Source of the DNA: Acidimicrobiia bacterium
GTDB lineage: Bacteria > Actinomycetota > Acidimicrobiia > Spongiisociales > ZC4RG35
Direction of reading: 5' to 3'
NCBI GenBank assembly: GCA_965203555.1
Contig: CBDBCY010000004.1
Location: forward strand, 1,856,001 to 1,920,000
DNA length: 64,000 nt
Part shown: one piece after another, positions 1 to 9,019 of the stretch
Layout of the letters: each line of letters begins with the position of its first letter
How positions within the stretch are numbered: position 1 is the first letter of the stretch
Position numbers and translations under genes: made by a program
Notes under the pieces: model-generated
Told to the model about the DNA's origin: nothing
What the model saw: the letters and a program-made list of their open reading frames with translations, nothing else
Databases searched by the model: none

Positions 1-1
1 T

Positions 2-706
2 TCACCCAACCACCGCTGCGTGGCAGTCGATCTCCGGGGCAACGGCGACAGCGACAAACCCGACGAGCCCTACTCGATGGCGCAATACGCCGATGACGTG
101 GCGGAGGTCATCGGCCACCTGGGACTGGGGCGGACCGTCCTGGTGGGCCACAGCATGGGTGGCCAGGTGGTCATCTCCGTCGCCGAGCGCCATCCCGAAC
201 TGGTGGCGGCCGTGGCCAGCCTGGACTCGCCCAGCAACATCCCCGGATGGCAGGACCGCTTCCATGGACCCTTCGATCACCTCATGACTTTCGACGGGCC
301 CTACCGGGAGACGGTCCGTTCCTTTCTCAGCGCCGCCTACCTCCCCACCGACAATCCGGCCTGGGTGGCAGGCCTTGAGGAGCGCCTCGCCGGCATACCC
401 GACCATGTGATCGTCAGAGCCTGGCAAGCGATGAGCGCCTACGATCCCACAGAGTCGTTGCGCCGGATGAAGTGTCCCTACCTGTACATCGACAGCGGTC
501 AACCTGACATCGATCTCGACCGCATCCGGGAACTCTGCCCGCAGTTGGTGGTAGGCAAAACGGTAGGCGCGGGGCACAAGGCTCTACAGGACGTGCCCGA
601 TCAGATCAACGCCATGCTCAACCGCTTCATCCAGCACGCCGACGCCATCGCGGCGGAGATGATCCGCACCGGCGGAGTCTTCCAATACAACTTCCCTAAG
701 ACCTGA
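2..706 (+). CDS. alpha/beta fold hydrolase, array copy 1 (5' end outside window)
   Basis: Frame is open from base 2 (SPNHRCVAVDLRG). Has nucleophile elbow GHSMGG and C-terminal GAGH, and is paralogous to the following genes. Confidence 0.9.
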   Translation, partial: SPNHRCVAVDLRGNGDSDKPDEPYSMAQYADDVAEVIGHLGLGRTVLVGHSMGGQVVISVAERHPELVAAVASLDSPSNIPGWQDRFHGPFDHLMTFDGPYRETVRSFLSAAYLPTDNPAWVAGLEERLAGIPDHVIVRAWQAMSAYDPTESLRRMKCPYLYIDSGQPDIDLDRIRELCPQLVVGKTVGAGHKALQDVPDQINAMLNRFIQHADAIAAEMIRTGGVFQYNFPKT

Positions 707-735
707 AACCCACGACTGAACGGATCGCTTAACCC

Positions 736-1578
736 GTGACTGAATCATTCATCACCTCCGACGGAGTCCGTATCGCCTATCACCAGGTAGGCGCCGGCGA
801 CCCGGCCATCCTCTTCATCCACGGCGCGTACAGCAACCGAAGGGGCTTCGGCTTCCAGGAGGACTATTTTTCGCCCGACCACCGCTGTGTTGCAGTGGAT
901 CTGAGGGGTAGCGGCGACAGCGACAAACCCGACCACCTTTACACCATGCCCCAGCACGCTGATGATGTAGCTGAACTCATTCGCCACCTCGGTCTCGAAA
1001 AACCCGTGCTGGTGGGACAGAGCTTGGGCGGCCAGGTGATCATCTGCGCGGCAGCCCAGTATCCCGAACTGGTCGGCGCCATAGCCAGCCTGGACTCACC
1101 CAGCAACATTCCAGGATGGCACCAGCGTTTCCATGAACCCTTCGATCACCTGATAGCAAAGGGCGGCGGGCCGCTACGGGAGGCGCTGCAAATGTTCCTC
1201 AGCGCCGCCTACCTACCCACCGACGACCCCTCTCGACTCGGGGGAATGGCCGAGCGCCTGGCGGAGGTTCCCGACCATGTCATCTACAACACCTGGCACG
1301 GCAAGAGCGACTTCGATCCCGGTCCGGTGCTGCGCCGAGTGAAGTGCCCCTATCTCTACATCGACTGCGGCCAGCCCGATCTCGACCTCGACCTGCTGCG
1401 GAAGCTGTGCCCCCAGGTGGTGATCGGAAAGACCGTCGGCGCCGGACACAAAGCCCTCCAGGACGTACCCGACCAGATCAACGCCATGCTCAACCGCTTC
1501 ATCCAACACGCCGACGCCATCGCAGCGGAGATGATCCGCACCGGCGGAGTCTTCAAATACAACTTCCCCGAGCCCTGA
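736..1578 (+). CDS. alpha/beta fold hydrolase, array copy 2
   Basis: Motifs FIHG, VDLRGSGDS, GQSLGG elbow, YIDCGQPD and GAGH; 280 aa. Confidence 0.92.
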   Translation: MTESFITSDGVRIAYHQVGAGDPAILFIHGAYSNRRGFGFQEDYFSPDHRCVAVDLRGSGDSDKPDHLYTMPQHADDVAELIRHLGLEKPVLVGQSLGGQVIICAAAQYPELVGAIASLDSPSNIPGWHQRFHEPFDHLIAKGGGPLREALQMFLSAAYLPTDDPSRLGGMAERLAEVPDHVIYNTWHGKSDFDPGPVLRRVKCPYLYIDCGQPDLDLDLLRKLCPQVVIGKTVGAGHKALQDVPDQINAMLNRFIQHADAIAAEMIRTGGVFKYNFPEP

Positions 1579-1662
1579 GCCGCCCCTGCTCGGAGGAAAC
1601 CGGAGTCATCCAGTTGCTGTGACCTGCGAAGGGCGCTTCAAAGGCCGTCGGGTATTCGCAAC

Positions 1663-1668
1663 TAAGCT
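1663..1668 (+). promoter_or_regulatory. putative -10 hexamer (TAAGCT) of a leaderless transcript for hydrolase copy 3
   Basis: TANNNT 7 nt before ATG 1676 with no SD. The similar context aactaNgctccg precedes copy 6. Confidence 0.45.
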
Positions 1669-1675
1669 CCGGCTG

Positions 1676-2512
1676 ATGACTGAATGGATTACTACCTCGG
1701 ACGGCGTCGGCATCGCATACCACCAAGTAGGAGAAGGCGACCCCGCCATCGTCTTTATTCATGGCGCCTACAGCAACCGTAGAGGCTTCGGCTTCCAGGA
1801 GGAGTACTTCTCGCCCAACCACCGTTGCGTAGCGGTTGATCTTCGGGGCCACGGCGAAAGCGACAAGCCTGATGATGTTTACACCATGGACAGGCACGGA
1901 GACGACGTGGCTGAACTGATCAGTCACCTGGGGTTGAGTAAACCGGTGCTGGTGGGACAGAGCATGGGCGGCCAGGTGATCATCGCCGCTGCCGCCCGGC
2001 ATCCCGATCTGGTGGGCGCTGTCGCCAGCCTGGACTCCCCCAGCAACATTCCAGGATGGCATCAGGGACACCATGGTCCCTACCAACACCTGATGACCGC
2101 AGACGGTCCGTTCCGGGAGACACTCATAGCCTTTCTCAGCGCCGCCTATCTGCCTACCGACGACCCCTCCCGGGTTGGGGGGATGGCCGAGCGGCTATCG
2201 GAGGTCCCCGACCATGTGATTCTCAACAGTTGGCGGGACAAGAAGGATTACGATCCCACCCCCACCCTGCGCCGAGTCAGGTGCCCCTATCTTTACATCG
2301 ACTGCGGCCAGCCCGATCTCGACCTCGACCTGCTGCGGAAGCTGTGCCCCCAGGTGGTGATCGGCAAGACCGTCGGCGCCGGACACAAGGCCCTCCAGGA
2401 CGTGCCCGACCAGATCAACGCCATGCTCAACCGCTTCATCCACCACGCCGACGCCATCGCCGCCGAGATGGTCCGCACCGGCGGGGTCTTCAAATACAAC
2501 TTCCCCGAGTAG
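1676..2512 (+). CDS. alpha/beta fold hydrolase, array copy 3
   Basis: ATG 1676 (MTEWITTSDG) aligns with the paralog starts; GQSMGG, GAGH. Confidence 0.92.
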   Translation: MTEWITTSDGVGIAYHQVGEGDPAIVFIHGAYSNRRGFGFQEEYFSPNHRCVAVDLRGHGESDKPDDVYTMDRHGDDVAELISHLGLSKPVLVGQSMGGQVIIAAAARHPDLVGAVASLDSPSNIPGWHQGHHGPYQHLMTADGPFRETLIAFLSAAYLPTDDPSRVGGMAERLSEVPDHVILNSWRDKKDYDPTPTLRRVRCPYLYIDCGQPDLDLDLLRKLCPQVVIGKTVGAGHKALQDVPDQINAMLNRFIHHADAIAAEMVRTGGVFKYNFPE

Positions 2513-2521
2513 AGGATGGTG

Positions 2522-2527
2522 TATACT
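2522..2527 (+). promoter_or_regulatory. -10 hexamer TATACT of a leaderless vapBC transcript
   Basis: TATACT exactly 6 nt before ATG 2534, the typical actinobacterial leaderless layout. Confidence 0.6.
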
Positions 2528-2533
2528 GCTACT

Positions 2534-2758
2534 ATGCGGCGTATACAGCTATACTTGGACGAACACTTGGACGAGGCTCTCTCGACCCGGGCCGCGCAGA
2601 TGGCAGTCTCGCGTTCATCCTTGGTACGCGATGCAATAAGGGCCTCGCTAGGTGCACATCTGACAACACTCGCCGATCCGGTGGACAATCTCATCGGATG
2701 CCTCGACATCGAACCGGGTGACGACATCGATTCAGTGATCTACGGGCTAGAGGAGTGA
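2534..2758 (+). CDS. CopG/RHH-type antitoxin (VapB-like)
   Basis: MRRIQLYLDE...VSRSSLVRDAI ribbon-helix-helix pattern; GTGA overlap with a PIN gene. Confidence 0.85.
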   Translation: MRRIQLYLDEHLDEALSTRAAQMAVSRSSLVRDAIRASLGAHLTTLADPVDNLIGCLDIEPGDDIDSVIYGLEE

Positions 2759-3156
2759 GATTCGCGGACACCTCATTCTGGATTGGTCTCCAGGTTGCCC
2801 GGGATCGCCGCCATGATGACGCAAAGATGCTCTGGCTGGACAATCGCGGCCCGGTACGGACATCGAATCTTGTGTTAGGAGAGACATGGACCTGGTTACG
2901 CCGGAAGGCCGGCCATGCTCCCGCGGTTCGCTTCCTCTCAACAATTCAGCGGTCAAACCGAGTGTCGGTGGCTATCGTGACCCCGCCGATAGACGAGCAG
3001 GCCTGGAGATGGCTGGAACGTCATGATGAACGAGCATATTCCTATGTCGACGCCACCAGCTTTGAGATCATGCGGCGAGAGCGCATCAGCCTGGCGCTGG
3101 CGTTTGACGGTGACTTCACTTCCGCTGGGTTTGTGGAACTGCGGCCCACGTCTTGA
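2755..3156 (+). CDS. vapC: VapC-family PIN toxin
   Basis: Acidic PIN motifs FADTS, LGETW, SYVDATSF and AFDGDF; 133 aa. Confidence 0.9.
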   Translation: MRFADTSFWIGLQVARDRRHDDAKMLWLDNRGPVRTSNLVLGETWTWLRRKAGHAPAVRFLSTIQRSNRVSVAIVTPPIDEQAWRWLERHDERAYSYVDATSFEIMRRERISLALAFDGDFTSAGFVELRPTS

Positions 3157-3182
3157 GTCGACGCTTCGTAATCCGGCTAATG

Positions 3183-3844
3183 GAAAGTGACAACCCGACG
3201 AGATCTACACCATGGAACAACACGGAGACGACGTGGCCGAGTTGATCCGCCACCTGGGCCTGGAGAGGCCGGTCCAGATGGGCCAGGGCATGGGCGGCCA
3301 GGCGATCATCTCCTCCGCCGCCCGTCACGCCGAACTGATAGGAGCGATAGGCAGCCTGGACTCACCCAGCAACATTCCAGGATGGCACCAGCGTTTCCAT
3401 GAACCCTTCGATCACCTGATAGCAAAGGGCGGCGGGCCGCTACGGGAGGCGCTGCAAATGTTCCTCAGCGCCGCCTACCTACCCACCGACGACCCCTCTC
3501 GACTCGGGGGAATGGCCGAGCGCCTGGCGGAGGTTCCCGACCATGTCATCTACAACACTTGGCACGGCAAGAGCGACTTCGATCCCGGGCCGGTGCTGCG
3601 CCGTGTCAGGTGCCCCTATCTCTGCATCGATTGCGGCCAGCCCGATCTCGACCTCGACCTGCTGCGGAAGCTGTGCCCCCAGGTGGTGATCGGAAAGACC
3701 GTCGGCGCCGGACACAAAGCCCTCCAGGACGTGCCCGACCAGATCAACGCCATGCTCAACCGCTTCATCCAACACGCCGACGCCATCGCCGCGGAGATGA
3801 CCCGCACCGGCGGGATCTTCCAATACAACTTCCCCACCAGCTAG
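3183..3844 (+). pseudogene. 5'-truncated alpha/beta hydrolase, array copy 4
   Basis: Lacks the first ~60 codons including the HG oxyanion motif, has a 1-nt deletion at gacaacccgac, and the elbow is mutated to GQGMGG (Ser to Gly). Confidence 0.85.
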
Positions 3845-3958
3845 CTACAGCACTGCCCGAGTCGTCTGCTCTTTGCCTGTGGGTGGACTCGCTCATCAGC
3901 TGAGGTGCTAGAGTGCGAAGTGGCGCTGAGTGGGGAAAATGCCTCCAGGAAGAAGTGT

Positions 3959-4357
3959 ATGAATACGGAAGCCGCGGCCGGAAGGGGGGCGGATGTCGCC
4001 CTTGACCTGGGGCATCCTGGTCTGCCCAGGGACTGGGTTGAACACGTATTGAGTGTCGTCGTGTCGTATGATCCGGATAAGGTCTTTTTGTTCGGATCGG
4101 TAGCGCAGGCAGAGGACACTGTCCGCTCTGACATTGATTTGCTCGTGGCCATAGACAGGGTGCCGGTGGAAGAATGGTTTGAGTGGGAGTTCAGAATTGC
4201 CCTGGAGGCGGAACGACGCTGTCCGTTCAAGGTGGACGTGTCCTTGACAGATCTGGAGGACCTGGTACGGAGGCGAAACGTGGTGGGCAATCCGTGCAAA
4301 TGGGTGGCGGAGGGAGGTCGCCTGATCTATGACAGGAATTCAGGCGTGCTGTTGTGA
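3959..4357 (+). CDS. minimal nucleotidyltransferase (MNT) antitoxin
   Basis: FLFGS...SDIDLLV and KVDV motifs; overlaps the downstream HEPN gene. Confidence 0.85.
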   Translation: MNTEAAAGRGADVALDLGHPGLPRDWVEHVLSVVVSYDPDKVFLFGSVAQAEDTVRSDIDLLVAIDRVPVEEWFEWEFRIALEAERRCPFKVDVSLTDLEDLVRRRNVVGNPCKWVAEGGRLIYDRNSGVLL

Positions 4358-4764
4358 GTTATCTGCCGGACAACAATGAGGATGAATCCAGAGCGTATCT
4401 GGTAGAGGCATCTGTCTATTTTGAAGGGGCTGTCAGAAAAATGCGGGACGAACAGAGAGCGTGGAAACAGGCTTGTCGAGAGTTCGTCAGCTCATCGGAG
4501 ATGGCATTGAAAGCAGTACATGTCTATTACGGAACAGAACCGGACCGCACTCATCGGGTCCACGAGCTCTATGAAAGTTGTCCGGATGAAACAATTCGGC
4601 TTCTTAACATCCAGCCGGAGGACCTGAGGACCTTTTCCAGTTGGTACCTGTCCCCGTATCACATAGCCAGGGGCGCAACCAGGCGGAACGTTGAAATGTG
4701 CGAGAACATTGTCGGCAGAATTCTGAACTGGGCGGCAGGGATCGTTGACGACACAGATCACTAA
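4354..4764 (+). CDS. HEPN domain protein (MNT-HEPN pair)
   Basis: SSEMALKAV...PDRTHRVHEL resembles the HEPN AEKALKA...PKTHDL pattern; coupled to the MNT gene. Confidence 0.75.
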   Translation: MSYLPDNNEDESRAYLVEASVYFEGAVRKMRDEQRAWKQACREFVSSSEMALKAVHVYYGTEPDRTHRVHELYESCPDETIRLLNIQPEDLRTFSSWYLSPYHIARGATRRNVEMCENIVGRILNWAAGIVDDTDH

Positions 4765-4788
4765 TAGCTGAACTCCTATGCGAGCGAT

Positions 4789-4863
4789 CCGCGTCATCCA
4801 CCGCGCCGAGGGAATCGCAGCGGAGATGATCCGCACCGGCGAAGTCTTCCAATACAACTTCCC
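4789..4863 (+). pseudogene. 75-bp remnant of the hydrolase 3' end (array copy 5)
   Basis: Translates RVIHRAEGIAAEMIRTGEVFQYNFP versus RFIQHADAIAAEMIRTGGVFQYNFP in intact copies. Confidence 0.85.
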
Positions 4864-5060
4864 GAGAGGCGAGTCGAAGGTGGGTCATTCGGTCGACGAG
4901 GTTCTGCCAACACCGAGACGAGACCTGATCGCGCCGGACCCAACCGCCAACCGAAAAATATCTAACTGCACGCCGAGCGAAATATCCCGCCTTCCCCTCC
5001 TCGGCCCGCTCCTGTGTGGCAGACAGCGCGCCGCACACCGGCTTTAGCCCTGGGCGGACC

Positions 5061-5483
5061 TCAACGATGAACCGTGAAGGCCCGGCGCAGACCCGAACCG
5101 TAGCGGTAAACCGCGAAGTCGGCGTCGAACGCTATAGCTTCCTCGATGCCGTGACGTTCCATGACAACCCAACTCGTCCGATCAGTCATCGAGAAGTCCT
5201 GGTCGCTGAACATCCTCCCGATTCTCAGGGCGGCGCGGACGTCGTCTGGAGTCGCCGTCAACACTTCGGCGAGCCTTCGATCCATGATGGTCCTCACCAA
5301 GGCATCCGCCAGGTTGGGGTTCCGTCGGTAGCGCGCTATGGCCCATGTTTCCACAAGAACGTGATCGGTGGTAGCCAGCCGCCCTGCATGGTCACTTAGC
5401 AGGCGAACTGCCCGGTCATGGGAGGCGTCGTCGCCGGCCGCCGCCGCGTACCACGCACTTGTATCGACAAAGACGCGATTCAA
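5061..5483 (-). CDS. vapC: VapC-family PIN toxin
   Basis: Motifs VFVDTSAW, LVETW, FSMTDRTSW and AFDADF. Confidence 0.9.
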   Translation of the reverse strand: MNRVFVDTSAWYAAAAGDDASHDRAVRLLSDHAGRLATTDHVLVETWAIARYRRNPNLADALVRTIMDRRLAEVLTATPDDVRAALRIGRMFSDQDFSMTDRTSWVVMERHGIEEAIAFDADFAVYRYGSGLRRAFTVHR

Positions 5484-5762
5484 TCAGCGGTCCCTCGCGC
5501 CTATTGCTTTGCGATCCGACTGTTCGGCAACCGCCTCCGTGATCATTTCATGTTTGTTGCGGGCGATGTCGGTCGGCGCGCCTCGGCTGCCCAGGAAGCC
5601 GACGAGCGGTGTGATGTCACCGGTCAGATTCCGGGATGCCGCATCATCGGCGCGGATCAATTCTCGTATATAACCGGAAAGGCTCAATCCACGCTCTTGC
5701 GCTCGATTTTTGGCCATTGCATGCAAAGACGAACCGAGTAACACGTTGGTAGGTTTGGTCAT
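5484..5762 (-). CDS. RHH-type antitoxin (VapB-like)
   Basis: MTKPTNVLL...RGLSLSGYIRELI; abuts the PIN gene; TATAAT upstream at about 5803-5808 on the minus strand. Confidence 0.78.
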   Translation of the reverse strand: MTKPTNVLLGSSLHAMAKNRAQERGLSLSGYIRELIRADDAASRNLTGDITPLVGFLGSRGAPTDIARNKHEMITEAVAEQSDRKAIGARDR

Positions 5763-5858
5763 ACGTTCACCCCAAAAGAATCCTACGCATACTGCGCAAC
5801 ACATTATAGGCATCCCTGTGAGTCTCCGCCCTGCCTGCACAAACTATGCTCCGATCCC

Positions 5859-6698
5859 ATGACTGAACGGTTCACCACCTCCGACGGCGTTCGCATCGCA
5901 TACCACCAGGTAGGCGTCGGCGACCCGGCCATTATCTTCATTCACGGCGGATTCGGAAACCGAGGGGGCTTCGGCTTTCAGGAAGACTACTTCTCGCCCA
6001 AACACCGCTGCCTGGCAGTGGATCTGCGGGGTCACGGCGACAGCGACAAACCCGACGAGATCTACACGATGGAAAAGCATGGCGACGACGTAGCCGAGTT
6101 GATCCGCTCCCTGGGCTTGGAGAAGCCAGTCCTGGTGGGCCAGAGCATGGGCGGACAGGTGATCATCTCCGCCGCCGCCCGTCACCCTGAGTTGATAGGG
6201 GCGATAGCCAGCCTGGACTCACCGAGCAACATCCCCGGATGGCATGCCCGCCATCACGGTCCCTTCGATCACCTGATGACCGCGGACCAGGATTTCCGAG
6301 AGACCCTTCGCCGATTTCTGATGGCTTCATACCTGCCCACCGACGATCCGTCTCGGGTGGGGACCATCGCCAAGCGACTGGCCGAAGTCCCCGATCATGT
6401 AATCCTCAACGGCTGGCAGGGGATGATGGGCTTCGACTGTGGACCGATACTGGCCGCAGTGCAGTGCCCCTATCTGTACATCGACTGCGGCCAACCCGAT
6501 CTGGACCTGGATCTCCTGCGTGAGTTGTGCCCGCAGGTGGTGATCGGAAAGCCGGTCGGCGCCGGACACAAGGCCCTCCAGGACGTGCCGGACCAGATCA
6601 ACGCCATGCTCAATCGCTTCATCCAACATGCCGACGGGATAGCGGCCGAGATGATCCGCACCGGCGGAGTCTTCAAATACAACTTCCCCGACAACTGA
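5859..6698 (+). CDS. alpha/beta fold hydrolase, array copy 6
   Basis: FIHGGFG, GQSMGG, GAGH; TATGCT 8 nt upstream of the ATG. Confidence 0.92.
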   Translation: MTERFTTSDGVRIAYHQVGVGDPAIIFIHGGFGNRGGFGFQEDYFSPKHRCLAVDLRGHGDSDKPDEIYTMEKHGDDVAELIRSLGLEKPVLVGQSMGGQVIISAAARHPELIGAIASLDSPSNIPGWHARHHGPFDHLMTADQDFRETLRRFLMASYLPTDDPSRVGTIAKRLAEVPDHVILNGWQGMMGFDCGPILAAVQCPYLYIDCGQPDLDLDLLRELCPQVVIGKPVGAGHKALQDVPDQINAMLNRFIQHADGIAAEMIRTGGVFKYNFPDN

Positions 6699-6820
6699 AC
6701 CCGACGCATCCGTCCCAAGCCAACAGCGATCGACGGCGGATTCAACACGCCTTCCCACCGATAGCATCCTCTGCCCGGTAACATCATCCGCGTGACAGGC
6801 TGGGACCTGAAAGGGGGGTT

Positions 6821-9019
6821 GTGAGCCGTCCCAAAGGCGGGACAAACCGTTCCCAACGGAAGAGGAAGCCCAAATTGCCGACGCCCTATTGGTGGGATAG
6901 CAACTCGCCTCAGTGGTCGGGGAGGCGATCCAAGCGAGGCCCGGCAACCTGGGTCCCACCCGGTGGAAGGATCCAAGTGGCGGGACGGGTGATCGAGGGT
7001 GGGATGGTCTACACCGGCGCCGGCGCCCTGGCGGCGAACGGCCGCGGATCCGAGCCGAGCCTCATCGATCCCCGCCTTCCGGTCAACTGGAAGGGCAGGG
7101 GCCGCGCCGGGGGCTTCACGTCCCACAACCCGTCATACCGACGGGCCGACCCGCGGGTTCGGGCCGCCTATCTTCAGTGGCTGGCCGGAGGGCGCCGGAA
7201 CCGTTACACCTCCATCGGCAACGTGTTCCTGTTCTTCTACGGGCTCGAACGCCGTCTGTTCGCCGACCTCGGCGCCGACCTCCACCTTCCCGAGGTGGAA
7301 GTCATCCTGGCCGAGATCGAACGTCTCCGCGGCATATACGGCCAGGAGAGATCATTCCTCAAGAGCGCCGGTGAACTGCTGGATTTCGTGGAAGGCGTCC
7401 GGTCGTTGACCACCGACGTCCAACCGGTTCCATGGACTCCGGACCGACCCTGGTCCGGGGTTCCGGCATCGGTCCGGGTCGGCATCGGCAGATATGTTGC
7501 GAAAAGTTCCCCCATTCCGGCCGAATGGGCCCTCAGCTACCTCCGCCACCATCCCCAAGGGCAACTGCGAACACCGGCCAGGCGCGTTGCCGCCGAGTTC
7601 GACCAGTTGTTCGCCATACGCTACGGGGAGCGGTTCGGACCGGGTATCCGAACGCCGAGACCGGCCGAGCACATCCAGCTCATGTACCGGGCCGCATCCT
7701 CCGGATTCCACGGAGGAGTACACGTCACCTGCGATCCCATTCCCGACGTGACGCGCGACCCGTCGCTGATCATCAAGCTGAACGAGTTGGCCAGGCAATG
7801 CCACGAGGAACTCGACGCCTACAGCCGTCTGATCGGGCGATACCCCGACCGGGCCGGCACCCCGGCCGCGGTCGGGCTGCTGCCCGATGCCCTGCTCGCC
7901 ACCCACGGTAGGACAACTCTTGACATTCTCCGGACCTGGACCTCGGAAGTGCTGGCCGACCGGCCCACAGCGGTGGTTCCCCTCGATGATCTGGTGGAGC
8001 AGTGGTCGCCCGGCCACCCCCCGAAACTCACCAAGGCCACGGTCTCTGCGCTGGCCTTCACACTCGCCAACCTCGGCGTGGGCATCGAACCCGATGTCCG
8101 TTTCGGTTCTTCTCCTCCCGGTCCCGGTACCCGGGCGGTGCTGTTCCCGCTTCCCGAGGGTGACCGGGGAAAGCCCACACCCCGGTACCGCGCCGTCCTT
8201 TCCCTGGTGTTCCTGGGTGCCTTGGTGGCCGCCGCCGACGGGGCCGTCAACCCCATCGAACACCGATTCCTCACCAAACGACTGGAGGGGATCACCGGAC
8301 TCGACACCGCCGACCGGGCCAGACTGGAGGCCCACCTGACATGGCTCGGCGTCCGGAAACCTCGCCTGCAGGATGCTCAACCCAGAGTGAAAAAGATGCA
8401 ACCCCGGGATCTGCCCAAAGTGGGAACCCTCCTGATCGAGTTGGCAGCCGCCGACGGGACCGTCAACTACGAAGAGATTGCCGTTCTGGAAAAGTTGTTC
8501 CAACTGATGGGCCTCGACGAAGCCCACCTGTACGGCCGCGCCCACACCCTGGATTTGGCGGATCGCGGTCCGATCAGCGTAGGGGAGAAGGCACCCGGCG
8601 CTCGTTGGGAGATACCCGACTCCGGCGGGGTTTCCGCGCCGCAATCGCCCGTGAACCTGGACCCGGCCAAGATCCGGGACCGCTTGGCCGAGACGGACCG
8701 GGTGGCGCACCTGCTGGCCGACATCTTCGTGGACGACGACCCGCCGCCGGAGATAGAGTCGGGCGTCAACGGTTCGGATCCCGAGTCGGCTATCGAGGGA
8801 CTGGACGGGCCGCACCGGCAGTTGTTGGACGCGCTGGCCGCCCGAGCGGAGTGGGATCGTGGTTCCGCCGAGGAGTTGGCCCGCTCCTTCGGGTTACCGT
8901 TCCTCGACAGCGCCCTCGACGTCATAAATGAAACCGCCCTCGACCACTGCGGTGAATCGGTGGTCGAGGGAGATGACCCCATGGTGCTCAATGCCGATGC
9001 CATCAAGGAGCTGATTTGA
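6821..9019 (+). CDS. TerB N-terminal / TerB / TerB-C domain protein
   Basis: EPSLIDP, RAAYLQWLAGGR and VFLFFYGLERR (TerB-N); two AADG TerB motifs; INETALD at the C-terminus. Confidence 0.88.
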   Translation: MSRPKGGTNRSQRKRKPKLPTPYWWDSNSPQWSGRRSKRGPATWVPPGGRIQVAGRVIEGGMVYTGAGALAANGRGSEPSLIDPRLPVNWKGRGRAGGFTSHNPSYRRADPRVRAAYLQWLAGGRRNRYTSIGNVFLFFYGLERRLFADLGADLHLPEVEVILAEIERLRGIYGQERSFLKSAGELLDFVEGVRSLTTDVQPVPWTPDRPWSGVPASVRVGIGRYVAKSSPIPAEWALSYLRHHPQGQLRTPARRVAAEFDQLFAIRYGERFGPGIRTPRPAEHIQLMYRAASSGFHGGVHVTCDPIPDVTRDPSLIIKLNELARQCHEELDAYSRLIGRYPDRAGTPAAVGLLPDALLATHGRTTLDILRTWTSEVLADRPTAVVPLDDLVEQWSPGHPPKLTKATVSALAFTLANLGVGIEPDVRFGSSPPGPGTRAVLFPLPEGDRGKPTPRYRAVLSLVFLGALVAAADGAVNPIEHRFLTKRLEGITGLDTADRARLEAHLTWLGVRKPRLQDAQPRVKKMQPRDLPKVGTLLIELAAADGTVNYEEIAVLEKLFQLMGLDEAHLYGRAHTLDLADRGPISVGEKAPGARWEIPDSGGVSAPQSPVNLDPAKIRDRLAETDRVAHLLADIFVDDDPPPEIESGVNGSDPESAIEGLDGPHRQLLDALAARAEWDRGSAEELARSFGLPFLDSALDVINETALDHCGESVVEGDDPMVLNADAIKELI

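Noticed and set aside
2-6698. Integron cassette array
   Set aside because: No tyrosine integrase and no attC-like palindromes seen; the repeats are coding sequence. An integrase upstream of the window cannot be excluded.
736-6698. Hydrolases as epoxide hydrolases or haloalkane dehalogenases feeding the CoM cluster
   Set aside because: Those enzymes use an Asp nucleophile. These have G-x-S-x-G and lie about 35 kb away, so no link is supported.
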